From Planctomycetota bacterium (GTDB lineage Bacteria; Planctomycetota; Phycisphaerae; Sedimentisphaerales; Anaerobacaceae), in NCBI GenBank assembly GCA_016872975.1, contig VGYL01000001.1:1-41320 (forward strand): a stretch of DNA of 41,320 nucleotides, read 5' to 3'. The notes beneath the pieces are model-generated. The model did not search any database, had not been told where the DNA came from, and was given only the letters and a program-made list of their open reading frames with translations. Shown here one piece after another: positions 1 to 10,100 of the stretch (positions within the stretch are counted from its first letter, which is position 1; the number at the start of each line of letters is the position of its first letter). A program made the translations under genes and the position numbers.

Positions 1-1
1 G

Positions 2-472
2 AAGGTCATCATGCGCGTACAGGATGAGCTGACGATCGGCCAGGGCCTCGAGAGCGGCGTGGCCGTCGGCCAGTACGTGCTGAGTCTGACGGAAGCCCGT
101 ATCGACGAGCAGAGCGTCATCGGCGTCGTCTCGGCCGTCTATGCCAAGGTCGCCACGGTCAAGCTCCTCACCGACCCGACCTTGCGTCTTCCGGTCGGCC
201 TCGCCGGCCTGAGCGTGCCCAAGCTCATGGTGGGCCGGGGCGACGGCACCGCCCGCATCACCCTGGTTCCCCGGGAGCACACGATTCGCGCCGGCGACGC
301 GGTCTACGCGGAGAAGAGGCCCGGCATCCTGGATGTCCCGGTGATTGCGGCCGAGGTGGTGCAGTGCCGGCCCGACACGAAGGATCCCCTGATGTGGGAC
401 ATCAGCGTGCGGCCGGTCTGCGATCTGGCGACCCTCAGCGACGTGGTCGTGATGAAGGCGTCGGCGCCATGA
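2..472 (+). CDS. mreC: Rod shape-determining protein MreC, C-terminal part (5' end lies outside the window)
   Basis: The frame is open from the window edge, so the Met at 11 is probably internal. The C-terminal region looks MreC-like. The gene lies directly upstream of mreD and PBP2, which is the canonical mreC-mreD-mrdA order. Confidence 0.75.
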   Translation, partial: KVIMRVQDELTIGQGLESGVAVGQYVLSLTEARIDEQSVIGVVSAVYAKVATVKLLTDPTLRLPVGLAGLSVPKLMVGRGDGTARITLVPREHTIRAGDAVYAEKRPGILDVPVIAAEVVQCRPDTKDPLMWDISVRPVCDLATLSDVVVMKASAP

Positions 473-510
473 GGGCCATCGATCCGGGGAGAGCAGTCGG
501 GAGGGATTGA

Positions 511-1041
511 ATGCGTTGGTTCCGGTTTGCCGTGCTCGTGCTGGTCGCCTCCCTCCTGCAAACCGGCTTGATCCGGGTCCTCGCGGTCCCGCCCTCGCGT
601 CCGGACATCCGGCCGGATTTGCTGTTGATCCTGCTGGTCTTCTTCGCGTCGCGGGCCAAGTCCACGGACGCCATTCTCGCCTCCTTCGCGCTGGGCTTCG
701 CGGCCGACCTGAGCAACCCGATCCTGACCCGCCTCATGGGCCCCCGGATCATCAGCTTCGGCCTGTTCGGCTCGCTGCTGTCCGACCTGAGCAGCACCAT
801 CTCACCCCGGCGGATGACCCACCTGGCCCTTACGATCTTCCTCATGGGCAGCCTGACGACCGGTTTGAGCTATCTGCTGGCGCTGCTGCGGGCCGAGACC
901 GTCGTGACGGCCTGGCGTACCGGCCTGCTGTGGCAGCCGCTCTACTCGGCGATCGTGGGGCCGTTTTTGTTCTTGCCGGTGGGCTGGTGGATGCGCATGT
1001 ATGGCAAGGGGCCGCGGCGGCGCCGTCGAGGACGCCTCTGA
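511..1041 (+). CDS. mreD: Rod shape-determining protein MreD (polytopic membrane protein)
   Basis: This 176-aa protein is very hydrophobic and has about 5 predicted TM segments ('RPDLLLILLVFFA', 'FALGFAADL'). A GGGAGGGA RBS lies just upstream of the ATG at 511. The gene sits between mreC and PBP2. Confidence 0.8.
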   Translation: MRWFRFAVLVLVASLLQTGLIRVLAVPPSRPDIRPDLLLILLVFFASRAKSTDAILASFALGFAADLSNPILTRLMGPRIISFGLFGSLLSDLSSTISPRRMTHLALTIFLMGSLTTGLSYLLALLRAETVVTAWRTGLLWQPLYSAIVGPFLFLPVGWWMRMYGKGPRRRRRGRL

Positions 1042-1067
1042 GAGGGCAGGAAGGAATCTGAGGCTCG

Positions 1068-3212
1068 ATGTACGAAAAGCGCGTCAAGGTGTTCATCGGC
1101 GTCAGCCTGGCGGTATTGTCGGTCTGCCTGCTGCGTCTGGCGCAGATGCAACTGTTCGCCGGTCCGGCGTCCCAGGAGGAGATCGACCGGATCAAGGATC
1201 TCTGGGGCCGGTCGCGCCAGTTCCAGACGCTGCGCGGCAAGATCCTCGACCGCCGCGGGGAAATCCTCGCGGCGGACCTGCCACAGTTTCAGGTCTGCAT
1301 CCACTACCGGCTGAGCGGCTTTCTCGACGAGCGGGTCGTGCTGGCCAGGTTCGCCGCCGCCCGCGTGCAGGACGGCAATCCTTCCTTGTATCAGGTCCAT
1401 AAAGAGGTGGACGACAGACGCCAGGAGCTGGCGCGCATCATCGACGCGTGCCGCCGCCTGGGATTGACCCGGCAGGAGGTCGAAGGCAAGATCAAGGCCC
1501 TGAACGATGCCGTCTGGAACGCCCGGACGTTCCTGTGCTGGGCCCGCGGCAGCCCCGACCCCAATCTCATCGCCCGGTACCAGACCATCAACAGTGTCCC
1601 GCTCTCAGAGGCTCTCGCCCATTTCGAATCTCAGTACCCGGACCCGGCCGAGCGCAGCCGGCGCGTCGCCAAGGTGGATCTGGGCGATCTCCCGGAGATC
1701 AGTCCGGACCTGCCGTTGATGGAGCTCCGGACCGAGGACGAGGTCTTCGCGGCGCAGCTCGCGTTCGCCGACCTGGACGAGGTCCAGATTCTGCCGCGGG
1801 GCCAGCGGTACTACCCCTTCCGCTCCACCGCGGCCCAGACGATCGGCTGGGTGGGCCGGGCGACACAGCCGCGCGATCTGAAGGTGTTTGCGGACGATCC
1901 CCTGGCCAGCTACCTCAAAGGCGAGGTCTGCGGGCGCGAGGACGGCGTCGAGTACGTCTGCGAGAGCCTCCTGCGGGGCCGGCGGGGCGAGGCCGTCTAC
2001 GACATCGACCGCCAGCTCGTCCGCGAGACCGAGACCGAGTACGGCCGGGACGTGCGGCTGACGCTCGACATTCAACTGCAAGAGCAGATCGAGCAGCGGC
2101 TGCTCGATCCGAAACTCAATCCGGACTACCACGGGGCGCCGATGGCGGCGGCCGTGATCCACGTCGGCTCCGGCGACATTCTGGCCCTGGTGTCCCTGCC
2201 GAGCTACGATCTCAATATCGCGCGGTACGCTTTTGACAAGCTGCGGGACGACCCCAACCGGCCGTTGATCAACCGCACGATCAACCGGATCTATCCGCCG
2301 GGCTCGGTGGCCAAGCCCCTGATCCTGCTGGCCGGCCTGGAGTCCGGCGCCATTACGGCCCAGGAGCCCATCAGTTGCCCGGATGCGGCGCCGCCGCCCG
2401 GCTGGCCCAGGTGCCTGATCTTTCGGATCACCCAGGGGAGGGGGCACGACTCGAGCTGGGTCAACAACGCACGCAACGCCCTGAAAGGAAGCTGCAACAT
2501 CTACTTCTCGCGCCTGGCCGACCGGATCGAGTCGTCGGTGCTGCAGGAGTGGCTCTTTCGGTTCGGACATGGACGGGAGATCCCGCTGGCCTGCCCCGTG
2601 CCGCCGGCGCCGGGCACGGTCACCCGGCGTCTCAAGCAGGCGCCGGGCGAGATCGGCAGCACCCCGATCTCGGCCGCCACGGACACCGAGTCGTTCGACC
2701 AGATCCCGCCGCTCCAGAGACGGGAACGCAAGATGTTCGGCATCGGGCAAGGCAATTTCCGGGTCACGCCTTTGCAGGTGGCCAATACCTTTGCCACCCT
2801 GGCCCGCCGGGGCCGGTCCCAACCGCCGCGGCTGTTCCTGAGCCCGGAGACGCCGTCGGCCGCCGAGCCGGCCGATCTGCCCGTCGCGCCGGCGAACATG
2901 CAGGTCGTTCTCGAGGGGATGAACGCCGTCGTCAACGAGCGGGGCGGATCGGCCTACGAGGTCTTCGCCGCCAGCGGCCTGGCGCGACACGGTGTCAGAG
3001 TCTATGGCAAGACCGGTTCCACCGAGCGTCCCTTCAACGCCTGGTTTGGCGGCTTCGCCCAGGACCAGGCGGGCCGTCAGATCGCTCTGGCCGTGGTGAT
3101 CGAGGGAGGCCAGCGCGGCGGCAGCGAGGCCGGCCCTCTCGCGCGCGAGATCTTCCAGTTGTGCGTCCAGGCCGGCTATCTCGGCCCCACCGCAGGAATT
3201 CCAGGCACCTAA
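1068..3212 (+). CDS. mrdA: Penicillin-binding protein 2 / peptidoglycan D,D-transpeptidase
   Basis: The 714-aa protein has an N-terminal TM anchor. It carries the SxxK active-site motif in 'YPPGSVAKPL', an SxN-like 'KGSCN' and the KTG motif in 'YGKTGSTE'. It follows mreCD. Confidence 0.92.
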   Translation: MYEKRVKVFIGVSLAVLSVCLLRLAQMQLFAGPASQEEIDRIKDLWGRSRQFQTLRGKILDRRGEILAADLPQFQVCIHYRLSGFLDERVVLARFAAARVQDGNPSLYQVHKEVDDRRQELARIIDACRRLGLTRQEVEGKIKALNDAVWNARTFLCWARGSPDPNLIARYQTINSVPLSEALAHFESQYPDPAERSRRVAKVDLGDLPEISPDLPLMELRTEDEVFAAQLAFADLDEVQILPRGQRYYPFRSTAAQTIGWVGRATQPRDLKVFADDPLASYLKGEVCGREDGVEYVCESLLRGRRGEAVYDIDRQLVRETETEYGRDVRLTLDIQLQEQIEQRLLDPKLNPDYHGAPMAAAVIHVGSGDILALVSLPSYDLNIARYAFDKLRDDPNRPLINRTINRIYPPGSVAKPLILLAGLESGAITAQEPISCPDAAPPPGWPRCLIFRITQGRGHDSSWVNNARNALKGSCNIYFSRLADRIESSVLQEWLFRFGHGREIPLACPVPPAPGTVTRRLKQAPGEIGSTPISAATDTESFDQIPPLQRRERKMFGIGQGNFRVTPLQVANTFATLARRGRSQPPRLFLSPETPSAAEPADLPVAPANMQVVLEGMNAVVNERGGSAYEVFAASGLARHGVRVYGKTGSTERPFNAWFGGFAQDQAGRQIALAVVIEGGQRGGSEAGPLAREIFQLCVQAGYLGPTAGIPGT

Positions 3213-3425
3213 TACCACAACGCTACGATTTGTCCCTCGGTTTGACATAAGCTACGCTAGAACAGGAGGTTATGAAAATGTCACCCCGTAGCCTTATTGG
3301 CGTTAAGGCGCCGAAGTGACATTCCCGTATCTCATTGTTTCATAATGACTTACGACTACTGCGGTCCCACAAGATAGCGTTGTAGTACTAAGCCGCGTGG
3401 CGCGGACACCGCCCGGCAGAGAGAT

Positions 3426-3671
3426 AAATTCCAAATTCCAAGCACCAAAGCCGCATGGCGAGGAAATTCCAAGCACCAAATTCCAAATTCCAAACAAATT
3501 CAAAAGGGAAGAAAGTTCAAAATCCAAAACGGCTCGCGTCCCGGGGCACGAGCGTTTTGAGCCTTGGAATTTGGGATTTTGGATTTGTTTGAGATTTGGA
3601 ATTTGGAATTTGGTGCTTCCGCCCCCGGGGCGGCTTTGGTGCTTCCGCCCCCGGGGCGGCGATTTGGAATT
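3426..3671. repeat. Compound copy of the ~160-bp AT-rich palindromic element ('AAATTCCAAA...TTTGGAATTT' family), followed by two tandem 24-nt GC hairpin units
   Basis: The left arm (3464-3530) and right arm (3553-3620) are near-complementary around a GC-rich loop. Outer partial arms lie at 3426-3454 and 3661-3671. The unit 'tggtgcttccgcccccggggcggc' occurs at both 3611-3634 and 3637-3660. The same family occurs at 20326, 22033 and 30766. Confidence 0.9.
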
Positions 3672-3705
3672 GATCTCTCCGCAGGGCGGTGTGGAATTTC
3701 CCGCC

Positions 3706-4782
3706 TCAGATGGTGATCCGCACGCGCGTGTCGAGCCGCGATAGCACGGTTCGCAGGGTGTCGAGGAATCGGTCGTTGTCGGGCCAGAGGATGCGGTCGC
3801 CCTGGGGGGTCGGCTCCTCGAGGCGGTCCAGGAAGCGGGACACCGCCGCCTGGTCCACCTGCCGCGACCAGATTCCCAGCCCGAGCCGCTCGACGTAGCG
3901 GGCGTTGAGGACCTGCTCGTACTGCCCGGCCAACGGCAGCAGCAGCATCTTCTTCCGCAGGTACAGGCACTCGCTGATCAGCGAGAAGCCGGCCGAGGCG
4001 ATGACGCCCCGGGCCGTCGCCAGATCCGCGGCGAACCCCTCCGCCGAGGCCTCCTTGAAGACGCAGTTCTTCCATTCGGCGTTCTTGTTGAACCCGTAGA
4101 TGCAGAACTTCTGTGCGGCGAACCGGCCGAGCACGTCGCGCCACTGGTCCTCGCGGGTGCCCGTCGTGGCGTAGATCAGAACGTGGCCGGCGTCGGAGGC
4201 CTGGAGCCGGGCGATGGCGGGACGCACGATCGGCGGAGCCAGGACCGCCGCGTCGCTTTTCAGCGGGGCCTGGAAGAAGTTGGTGATGATGTAGGCACCG
4301 GCGCCGACATAGTGCGCCCGGACCACCACCGTGGCGGTCAGGCGTCCCACGAGGTCCCGGAGCGGGTGCTCGAGCTTGCACATGAGCAGCAGATGCTCGT
4401 TGTCTATGCTGATGAAGGGCACCCGGTGGCGCCAGGCCCACCAGGCGCTGAACGGCTCGAAATCGGTCACCACCAGGTCCGGCCGGAAGGGCTCGTACAC
4501 CTGCTCGAAGAGCGTGCGATTGAGCCGCCGTCCCTGCGGCAGCCGGGCCAGATTCTTCCAGACGGTCGCCGCCGGATCGACGTAGCCCTTGCTGTAGTCG
4601 AACAACAACCCGAAGATCTCTTTGACCCGGTCCTCGTAATAGGGTCGCAGGTACCGCAGCGCCCGGTGCGAGGCAGCGAAAATCACTTCGTGCCCGGCAT
4701 CGAGAAACCGCTGGCCGATCAAGTGCGCGCGGCTGGCGTGCCCAAACCCCTCCCCCGCCATCGCATAAACGATCCTAGCCAT
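3706..4782 (-). CDS. Glycosyltransferase, GT28/MJ1255-like (UDP-glycosyltransferase fold)
   Basis: The preferred start is 'MARIVYAMAGEGFGHASR' at 4782, with an AGGAGC RBS-like motif upstream. The N-terminal 'GxGxGHxxR' motif and the C-terminal 'SAGFSLISECLYLRKKMLLLPLAGQYEQVLNA' are typical of the MurG-like/MJ1255 GT family. Confidence 0.72.
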   Translation of the reverse strand: MARIVYAMAGEGFGHASRAHLIGQRFLDAGHEVIFAASHRALRYLRPYYEDRVKEIFGLLFDYSKGYVDPAATVWKNLARLPQGRRLNRTLFEQVYEPFRPDLVVTDFEPFSAWWAWRHRVPFISIDNEHLLLMCKLEHPLRDLVGRLTATVVVRAHYVGAGAYIITNFFQAPLKSDAAVLAPPIVRPAIARLQASDAGHVLIYATTGTREDQWRDVLGRFAAQKFCIYGFNKNAEWKNCVFKEASAEGFAADLATARGVIASAGFSLISECLYLRKKMLLLPLAGQYEQVLNARYVERLGLGIWSRQVDQAAVSRFLDRLEEPTPQGDRILWPDNDRFLDTLRTVLSRLDTRVRITI

Positions 4783-4878
4783 CCGGTCCTGTGCTCCTGC
4801 CCTGCAAGTGACAGATCGAAGCGGCACAGTCTACCAGATTCGCGGCCGCACGCCAGCGTTACTTCTCTGCCGGTCGGG

Positions 4879-6462
4879 TCAGTTGTCGAGGATCTCCAGG
4901 GCCCGTCCTTCATCCACGTCCATCACGTAGCGCAGGTCCGTAATGGAGGCCGCTTCGGGCGTCAGCGCGGCCAGGTCGTCGCGGGACAGGTAGTCCAGGG
5001 AGAACTTGCGGCAGCCGGCCATCAGTTGGCGCAGGCCCTGGGCCAGCCGCTCATAGTACGTGTACAGGCCGATGGCGCCGGTGGGCAGCTTCTCGAAATC
5101 GCCGTTGCCGAACTCCTTGCGCAGGGTACTGGCGGTGACGAAGATCTCGTCCTTGGTCGAGCCGAACCGCTCGACGTAGACCGGGAGCTGATGGGCATCG
5201 ATGGCCCGGCCGATCGTCTTGCCGACCATGGCCGCCGCGACGGGGGCGCGGGCCATGCCGATCAGCTTGACGTACGGAGCCCCCAGGGACAATCCCTTGA
5301 AGATCAGGTCTTCGAAGGTAAACCCGCCGCCGACGGCAATCGCCGGCAGGTGGCGGTTGCGGTCGGCCAGCCGCTTGGCGTACCGGTACAGGAGCGAATG
5401 CAGGTGCAGCGGCGGGACGCCCCATTCATTCATCATCCGCCAGGGGCTCATGCCGGTCCCGCCGGAGGCGCCGTCCACGGTGAGCAGGTCGAGCTTGCAC
5501 TTGGACGCGAAGCTCAAGGCCCGCGCCAGGTCGGCGGGCCGATACGCGCCGGTCTTCAGGAAGATGTACTTGGCCCCGGCGCGGCGCAGCTCTTCCACCC
5601 GCCGGACAAACGATTCCTCCGACACCATCCCGACGCGGGAGTGCCGCTCGAATTCCTTGAAGTTGCCGTTCTGGAACGCCTCGATGACGGCCGGGTCCGT
5701 CGGATTCGGCAGCACGATGTAGCCGCGCTCATGCAGGAGCTGGGCCTTCTTCAGGTCCCGGATCTTCACCTCGCCGCCGATGTTCTTGGCGCCCTGGCCC
5801 CATTTCATTTCGACACACTCGACGCCAAGTTCCCCAATGACGTACTCGTGCACGCCCAGGCGGGTATCTTCGACGTTCGCCTGAACGATGATCGCGCCGT
5901 AGCCGTCGCGCTGGTGCTGGCGGTACAGGTGCACGCGGCGCTTGAGATCGACCGTGTCGAGGACCCGGCCGTTCTCGATGCGGCTCTGGACGTCCATGCC
6001 GGCGACGTTCTCGCCGATCGTCAGACCGGTCCCGGCCAAAGCCGACCCGGCGGCCAGGCCCTCCCAGTTGTTCTTGGCGATGTCGGTGGACCCGATGCCG
6101 GAGATGAGCCAGGGATAGCGGAACTTGAGGCCCCGGTCGTGGCCGAAGCAGACTTCGAGGCTCACGGCGGGAAAGATCGCCTTGTCGCTGTCCGCTTCGA
6201 TCCCGTGCGCCCCGACGCACGTGCCCATGATGTTCAGGTGGGAATAGTCCACCGGGTAGCGTTTCTCCGAGGCCGTCGTGACGACGCCGAAGGGCTGCGG
6301 ATAGATCACCTCATGGCCGCGATAGGCGGACTTGCCGATCTCGCACATGCCGATGCAGCCGTCCACGCAGGTGACACACATGCCCGAGTTGGGCGTCACC
6401 GAGCCTTCCGTGCGGTTCTTGGTCAGGGTGGCGGCGGACGAATTCACTCTCGAAAGGGACAT
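4879..6462 (-). CDS. Glutamate-synthase-related FMN-domain protein (stand-alone GltB domain-2-like, N-terminal Cys cluster)
   Basis: The 527-aa protein contains 'LLTVDGASGGTGMSPW' and 'IAVGGGFTFEDLIFKGLSLGA', which are characteristic of the Glu_synthase FMN barrel. It also has an N-terminal 'CVTCVDGCIGMCE' cluster. An AAGGAGG RBS lies 10 nt upstream, and the gene starts 16 nt after the upstream stop. Confidence 0.85.
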   Translation of the reverse strand: MSLSRVNSSAATLTKNRTEGSVTPNSGMCVTCVDGCIGMCEIGKSAYRGHEVIYPQPFGVVTTASEKRYPVDYSHLNIMGTCVGAHGIEADSDKAIFPAVSLEVCFGHDRGLKFRYPWLISGIGSTDIAKNNWEGLAAGSALAGTGLTIGENVAGMDVQSRIENGRVLDTVDLKRRVHLYRQHQRDGYGAIIVQANVEDTRLGVHEYVIGELGVECVEMKWGQGAKNIGGEVKIRDLKKAQLLHERGYIVLPNPTDPAVIEAFQNGNFKEFERHSRVGMVSEESFVRRVEELRRAGAKYIFLKTGAYRPADLARALSFASKCKLDLLTVDGASGGTGMSPWRMMNEWGVPPLHLHSLLYRYAKRLADRNRHLPAIAVGGGFTFEDLIFKGLSLGAPYVKLIGMARAPVAAAMVGKTIGRAIDAHQLPVYVERFGSTKDEIFVTASTLRKEFGNGDFEKLPTGAIGLYTYYERLAQGLRQLMAGCRKFSLDYLSRDDLAALTPEAASITDLRYVMDVDEGRALEILDN

Positions 6463-6477
6463 CGCGGGGTACCTCCT

Positions 6478-7155
6478 TTAGGGTTTCTTGATCTCACAGG
6501 CGACGCAGGGGTCCATGTAACACATCATGTCGTGGAACGGGTCCTTCTCCAGGCACGGCGGACTGAGATTGGCGCAGCCGCCGCAGACGGCCTTTTGCGG
6601 CTCCGTGTAGGTGCACCGCAGCGAGCAGGCGGGACAGACATAGATGCAGCCCCCGCACTGGCGGCAGACCTCCGAGGGCACGTCGAACGGCGTGCCGATG
6701 CTGCGGCTCTGGCCGCGGCCCCGAAAGCCGATAGCCTGGGCCATCATCTGCTCCTCGCACATCCGCACGCACCGGCCGCACAGGATGCAGTCCTCATATT
6801 CCTGGCGGAACCGCTGCTGGGTGACCTGGTGCTTCGAGGCCAGGTCCTGGATCGTCTTGGACTGCGGACAGGAGGCCAGGAGCAGCTCGAGGATCATCTT
6901 GCGCGCCCGCACGACCCGCGCGGAGGCGGTCCGCACCTTCAGGCCCGGCTCCGCCGGATAGGTGCAGGAGGACACGAGCTTCGCGCCCGGGCCTTCGCCG
7001 ATCTCCACCACGCACAGCCGGCACGCGCCATAGGGCGTCAAGCCCTCCATGTGACAGAGGGTGGGGATGGGAAAGCCCAGGAACTGCGCCGCCTCCAGGA
7101 CGGTGGTCCCCTTTTCGACGGATACTTCCAGTCCGTTGATGGTCAGTGTAATCAT
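6478..7155 (-). CDS. Fe-S subunit: N-terminal plant-type [2Fe-2S] domain plus Cys-rich [4Fe-4S]-type region (NuoG/HydA N-terminal-like, no catalytic domain)
   Basis: The N-terminus 'MITLTINGLEVSVEKGTTVLEAAQFLGFPIPTLCH...GACRLCVVEI' is the classic 2Fe-2S opening of NuoG/FdhA/HydA. Downstream motifs include 'CILCGRCVRMC' and 'CRQCGGCIYVCP'. The start ATG overlaps the upstream stop (ATGA at 7152-7155). Confidence 0.82.
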   Translation of the reverse strand: MITLTINGLEVSVEKGTTVLEAAQFLGFPIPTLCHMEGLTPYGACRLCVVEIGEGPGAKLVSSCTYPAEPGLKVRTASARVVRARKMILELLLASCPQSKTIQDLASKHQVTQQRFRQEYEDCILCGRCVRMCEEQMMAQAIGFRGRGQSRSIGTPFDVPSEVCRQCGGCIYVCPACSLRCTYTEPQKAVCGGCANLSPPCLEKDPFHDMMCYMDPCVACEIKKP

Positions 7156-10100
7156 GCCTGTTGTTCTCCGGGGACGGCGGACGCGGCACACGCCGGGGCC
7201 TGCCCTTGCGTGAAGGCCAGATCGCACCGCAGGCACCGGCGGGCCTCCGCCGTGACCTGCGCTACGGACAGGGGCCTCTCGATTTCGTGGAAGTTCTTCC
7301 TGCGCTGCTTGACCGGCAATACCGCGGGCACGGCCCGCGTGGCGCGTTCGAGCTCCTCGTCGCCGACGGCGGCGGGCTCCAAGAACACGGTGGGCAGCTT
7401 CAGACCGGGCGGCTCCGCCAGGGGCTCGCCGCGCAGGTACCGGTCGATCATGCGCGCCGCCTTCTTGCCCGCCGCGATGGCGTCGATGACCGTGTTCGGC
7501 CCGGTCACCAGGTCGCCTCCGGCAAAGACGCCCGGGACGGAGGTGGCCAGCGTCTTGGGATCGACCTTGACCCGGCCGCCCTTGTCGAGCTCCAGGCCCA
7601 TCCCGGCCAGGCCGTCAGTTTGCGGCCGCTCCCCGATCGCGACAACCAACGTGTCGAACTGGAGCGTGAACTCCGTCCCCGGAACGGGAACCGGTTTGCG
7701 CCGGCCGCTCGCGTCCAACTCGCCCAGGCGGTTGCGGATGCACTCGATGCCCACCAGGCGGCCCTCGCTCGTGCAGATCCGGATCGGCGACACGAGGGTC
7801 TCCAGCGCTACGCCTTCCCGCAACGCCGTCTCGATCTCCTCCTGGCGGACGCGGATCTTGACGGGCGAGACCAGGGTCTCGATCGTCACCCCTTCTTCCA
7901 GGGCCGCCTCAACCTCCTCCTCGTAGGCGGGCATCTCGTCCCGCGTGCGCCGGTACAGGAGCGTCACGCTGGTGACCTCCTTCTGCCGCAGGGCGACGCG
8001 GGCGGCATCGACCGCCGAGTTGCCGCCGCCGACGATCCCGACGTGCCCGCGCGCCAGCTCCGCGCCGCGCAGGTTGAACGCCTTGAGGAACTCCATGGAC
8101 GGGTAGACACCCGCCACGTCCTCGCCTTCGAGGCCCAACCGCCAGCTTTCGTGGGCCCCCAGCGCCAGGAAGACCGCCTGGAATCCCTCGGCGAGAAGCT
8201 CCCGGAGGGCCACATCGCGGCCCAACTCGACGCCGTGCCGTACGGCGATGTTCTCGTTCAGCAGCGTTCTGATTTCCCCGCGGACGATCTCGCGCGGCAG
8301 CCGATAGGCAGGCAAGGAACAGGCGAGCATGCCGCCGGACTCCGGCAGGGCTTCGAGAACCGTGACCTTGTGCCCGAGCAGGGACAGGCCGTGGGCGGCG
8401 GCCAGACCCGCCGGACCGGCCCCAACGACCGCCACCTTCTTCGCCTGACCGTTCGTCGAGCGGACCTCGGGGTGGTACACCGAAGGATCGACGCGGTCGG
8501 TCACGAACCGCTTCAGGGCGCGAACCGCGATCCCTTCGCCGCCGCCGACGCCCAAACTGCAGCGACTTTCGCATTTGCGGTCGCAGACCCTGGCGCTGAC
8601 GGCCGGGAACGGATTGGCTTCCCGAATAATCCGATACGCCTGTTCGTACTGCCCTTTTTCGATCAGGGCCACGTAGCGCCACGGCTCGGTGTCCACCGGG
8701 CAGGCCGCCTGGCACGGCGCCCCGACGAGGCTCTTGCAGACGAACGCATCGCAGCGCTTGTCCTCGATGTGCCGGCGGTACTCCTCGCGGAAGTACCGCA
8801 GCGTGCTCAGCACCGGGTTCGGGGCCGACTGGCCCAGGCCGCACATGGTCGTGTCCTTGACGACCAGGGCCAATTCCTCGAGCAGATCCAGGTGGCCGGG
8901 CGTACCCTGGCCGTGGGTGATTTCGTCGAGAATTTCGTGCATCCGCTGGGTGCCCTTGCGGCAGGTCAGGCACTTGCCGCAGGACTCGTCCTGGAGGAAG
9001 TTCATGAAGTAGCGGGCCACGTCCACCATGCAGGTGTTCTCGTCCATGACGATCATGCCGCCGGAACCCATGATCGAGCCGGCCTTGGTCAGACTGTCAT
9101 AGCTGATGGGCAGGTCGAACAGGGAGGCCGGGATGCAGCCGCCCGACGGGCCGCCCGTCTGGACCGCTTTGACGCGCGTCTTGGCGAGCGGGCCGCCGCC
9201 GATCTCGTAGACCACTTCCTTGAGGGGCGTCCCCAGGGGGACTTCGACGAGGCCGGTATTGCGGATCTTGCCGACCAGGGAGAAGATCTTCGTTCCCGTA
9301 TTGCCGTCGGTGCCGATGGCGGCGAAGGCGTCCGCGCCGTGGCGGATGATGAACGGCACGTTGGCCAGCGTCTCGACGTTGTTGATGCAGGTCGGAGCGC
9401 CGAAGATGCCTTTGGCGATCGGGTACGGCGGGCGTTGGCGCGGCTCGCCCATGCGTCCTTCGATGGATTTGATCAGGGCCGTCTCTTCGCCGCAAACGAA
9501 GGCGCCCGCGCCGCGCACGATGTCGATGTCGAAGCGGATGCCGGACCCGAGCAGGTTGTCACCCAGCAGTCCCATGCCGCGGGCCTGCCGCAGTGCGATC
9601 TGCGCGTGTTTGATCGCCAGGGGATATTCGCTGCGGACGTAGATGACACCGTCGGTGGCGCCGATCGCGAGGGCCGCGAGGGTCATGCCCTCCATGATGG
9701 CGTGCGGATTGCCTTCCAGGAGACTGCGGTCCATGTAAGCTCCGGGGTCGCCTTCGTCCGCGTTGCAGACGACGTATTTCTTGCCGCCAACCTTGGCCGC
9801 CTTGCGGGCCAACTCCCACTTACGGCCCGTGGGGAAGCCCGCGCCGCCCCGGCCGCGCAGGCCCGATTTGACCACTTCCTGGACGATCCGCTCGGGGTCC
9901 GGGTTTTCGAGCACTTTGAGAAGGGCCTGGTAGCCGCCTTCCCTGATATAGTCGAGGATGCGGATCGGATCGATGCGCTGGTTGGCGCCGAGGATGATGC
10001 GCTTCTGCCCCTGGAAGAAAGGGATCTCCTCCTGGCAGCGGCATTTGCGGGTGGTGCCGGGCTCGCGATAGAGCAGTTCCTCGACCACCGTGCCAGCCAG

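Noticed and set aside
3272-3319. A 15-codon ORF 'MKMSPRSLIGVKAPK' with a perfect AGGAGG RBS 5 nt upstream, just after the PBP2 stop.
   Set aside because: It is too short to evaluate without conservation or ribosome-profiling data. It could be a chance SD-ATG in an AT-richer spacer. It is noted only as something to check if expression data exist.
4183-7926. A 1247-aa ORF on the plus strand. The same applies to similar long ORFs: 7161..10655 (+), 1605..3248 (-), 11949..13331 (+), 13439..14611 (+), 16820..18184 (-), 19153..21264 (-), 22060..23223 (-), 27936..29054 (-) and 28807..29943 (-).
   Set aside because: These are antisense to genes with unambiguous family motifs. They span several gene boundaries. 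Their translations are Arg/Gly/Ala/Pro-rich low-complexity sequence, which is typical of stop-codon-poor antisense frames in GC-rich DNA.
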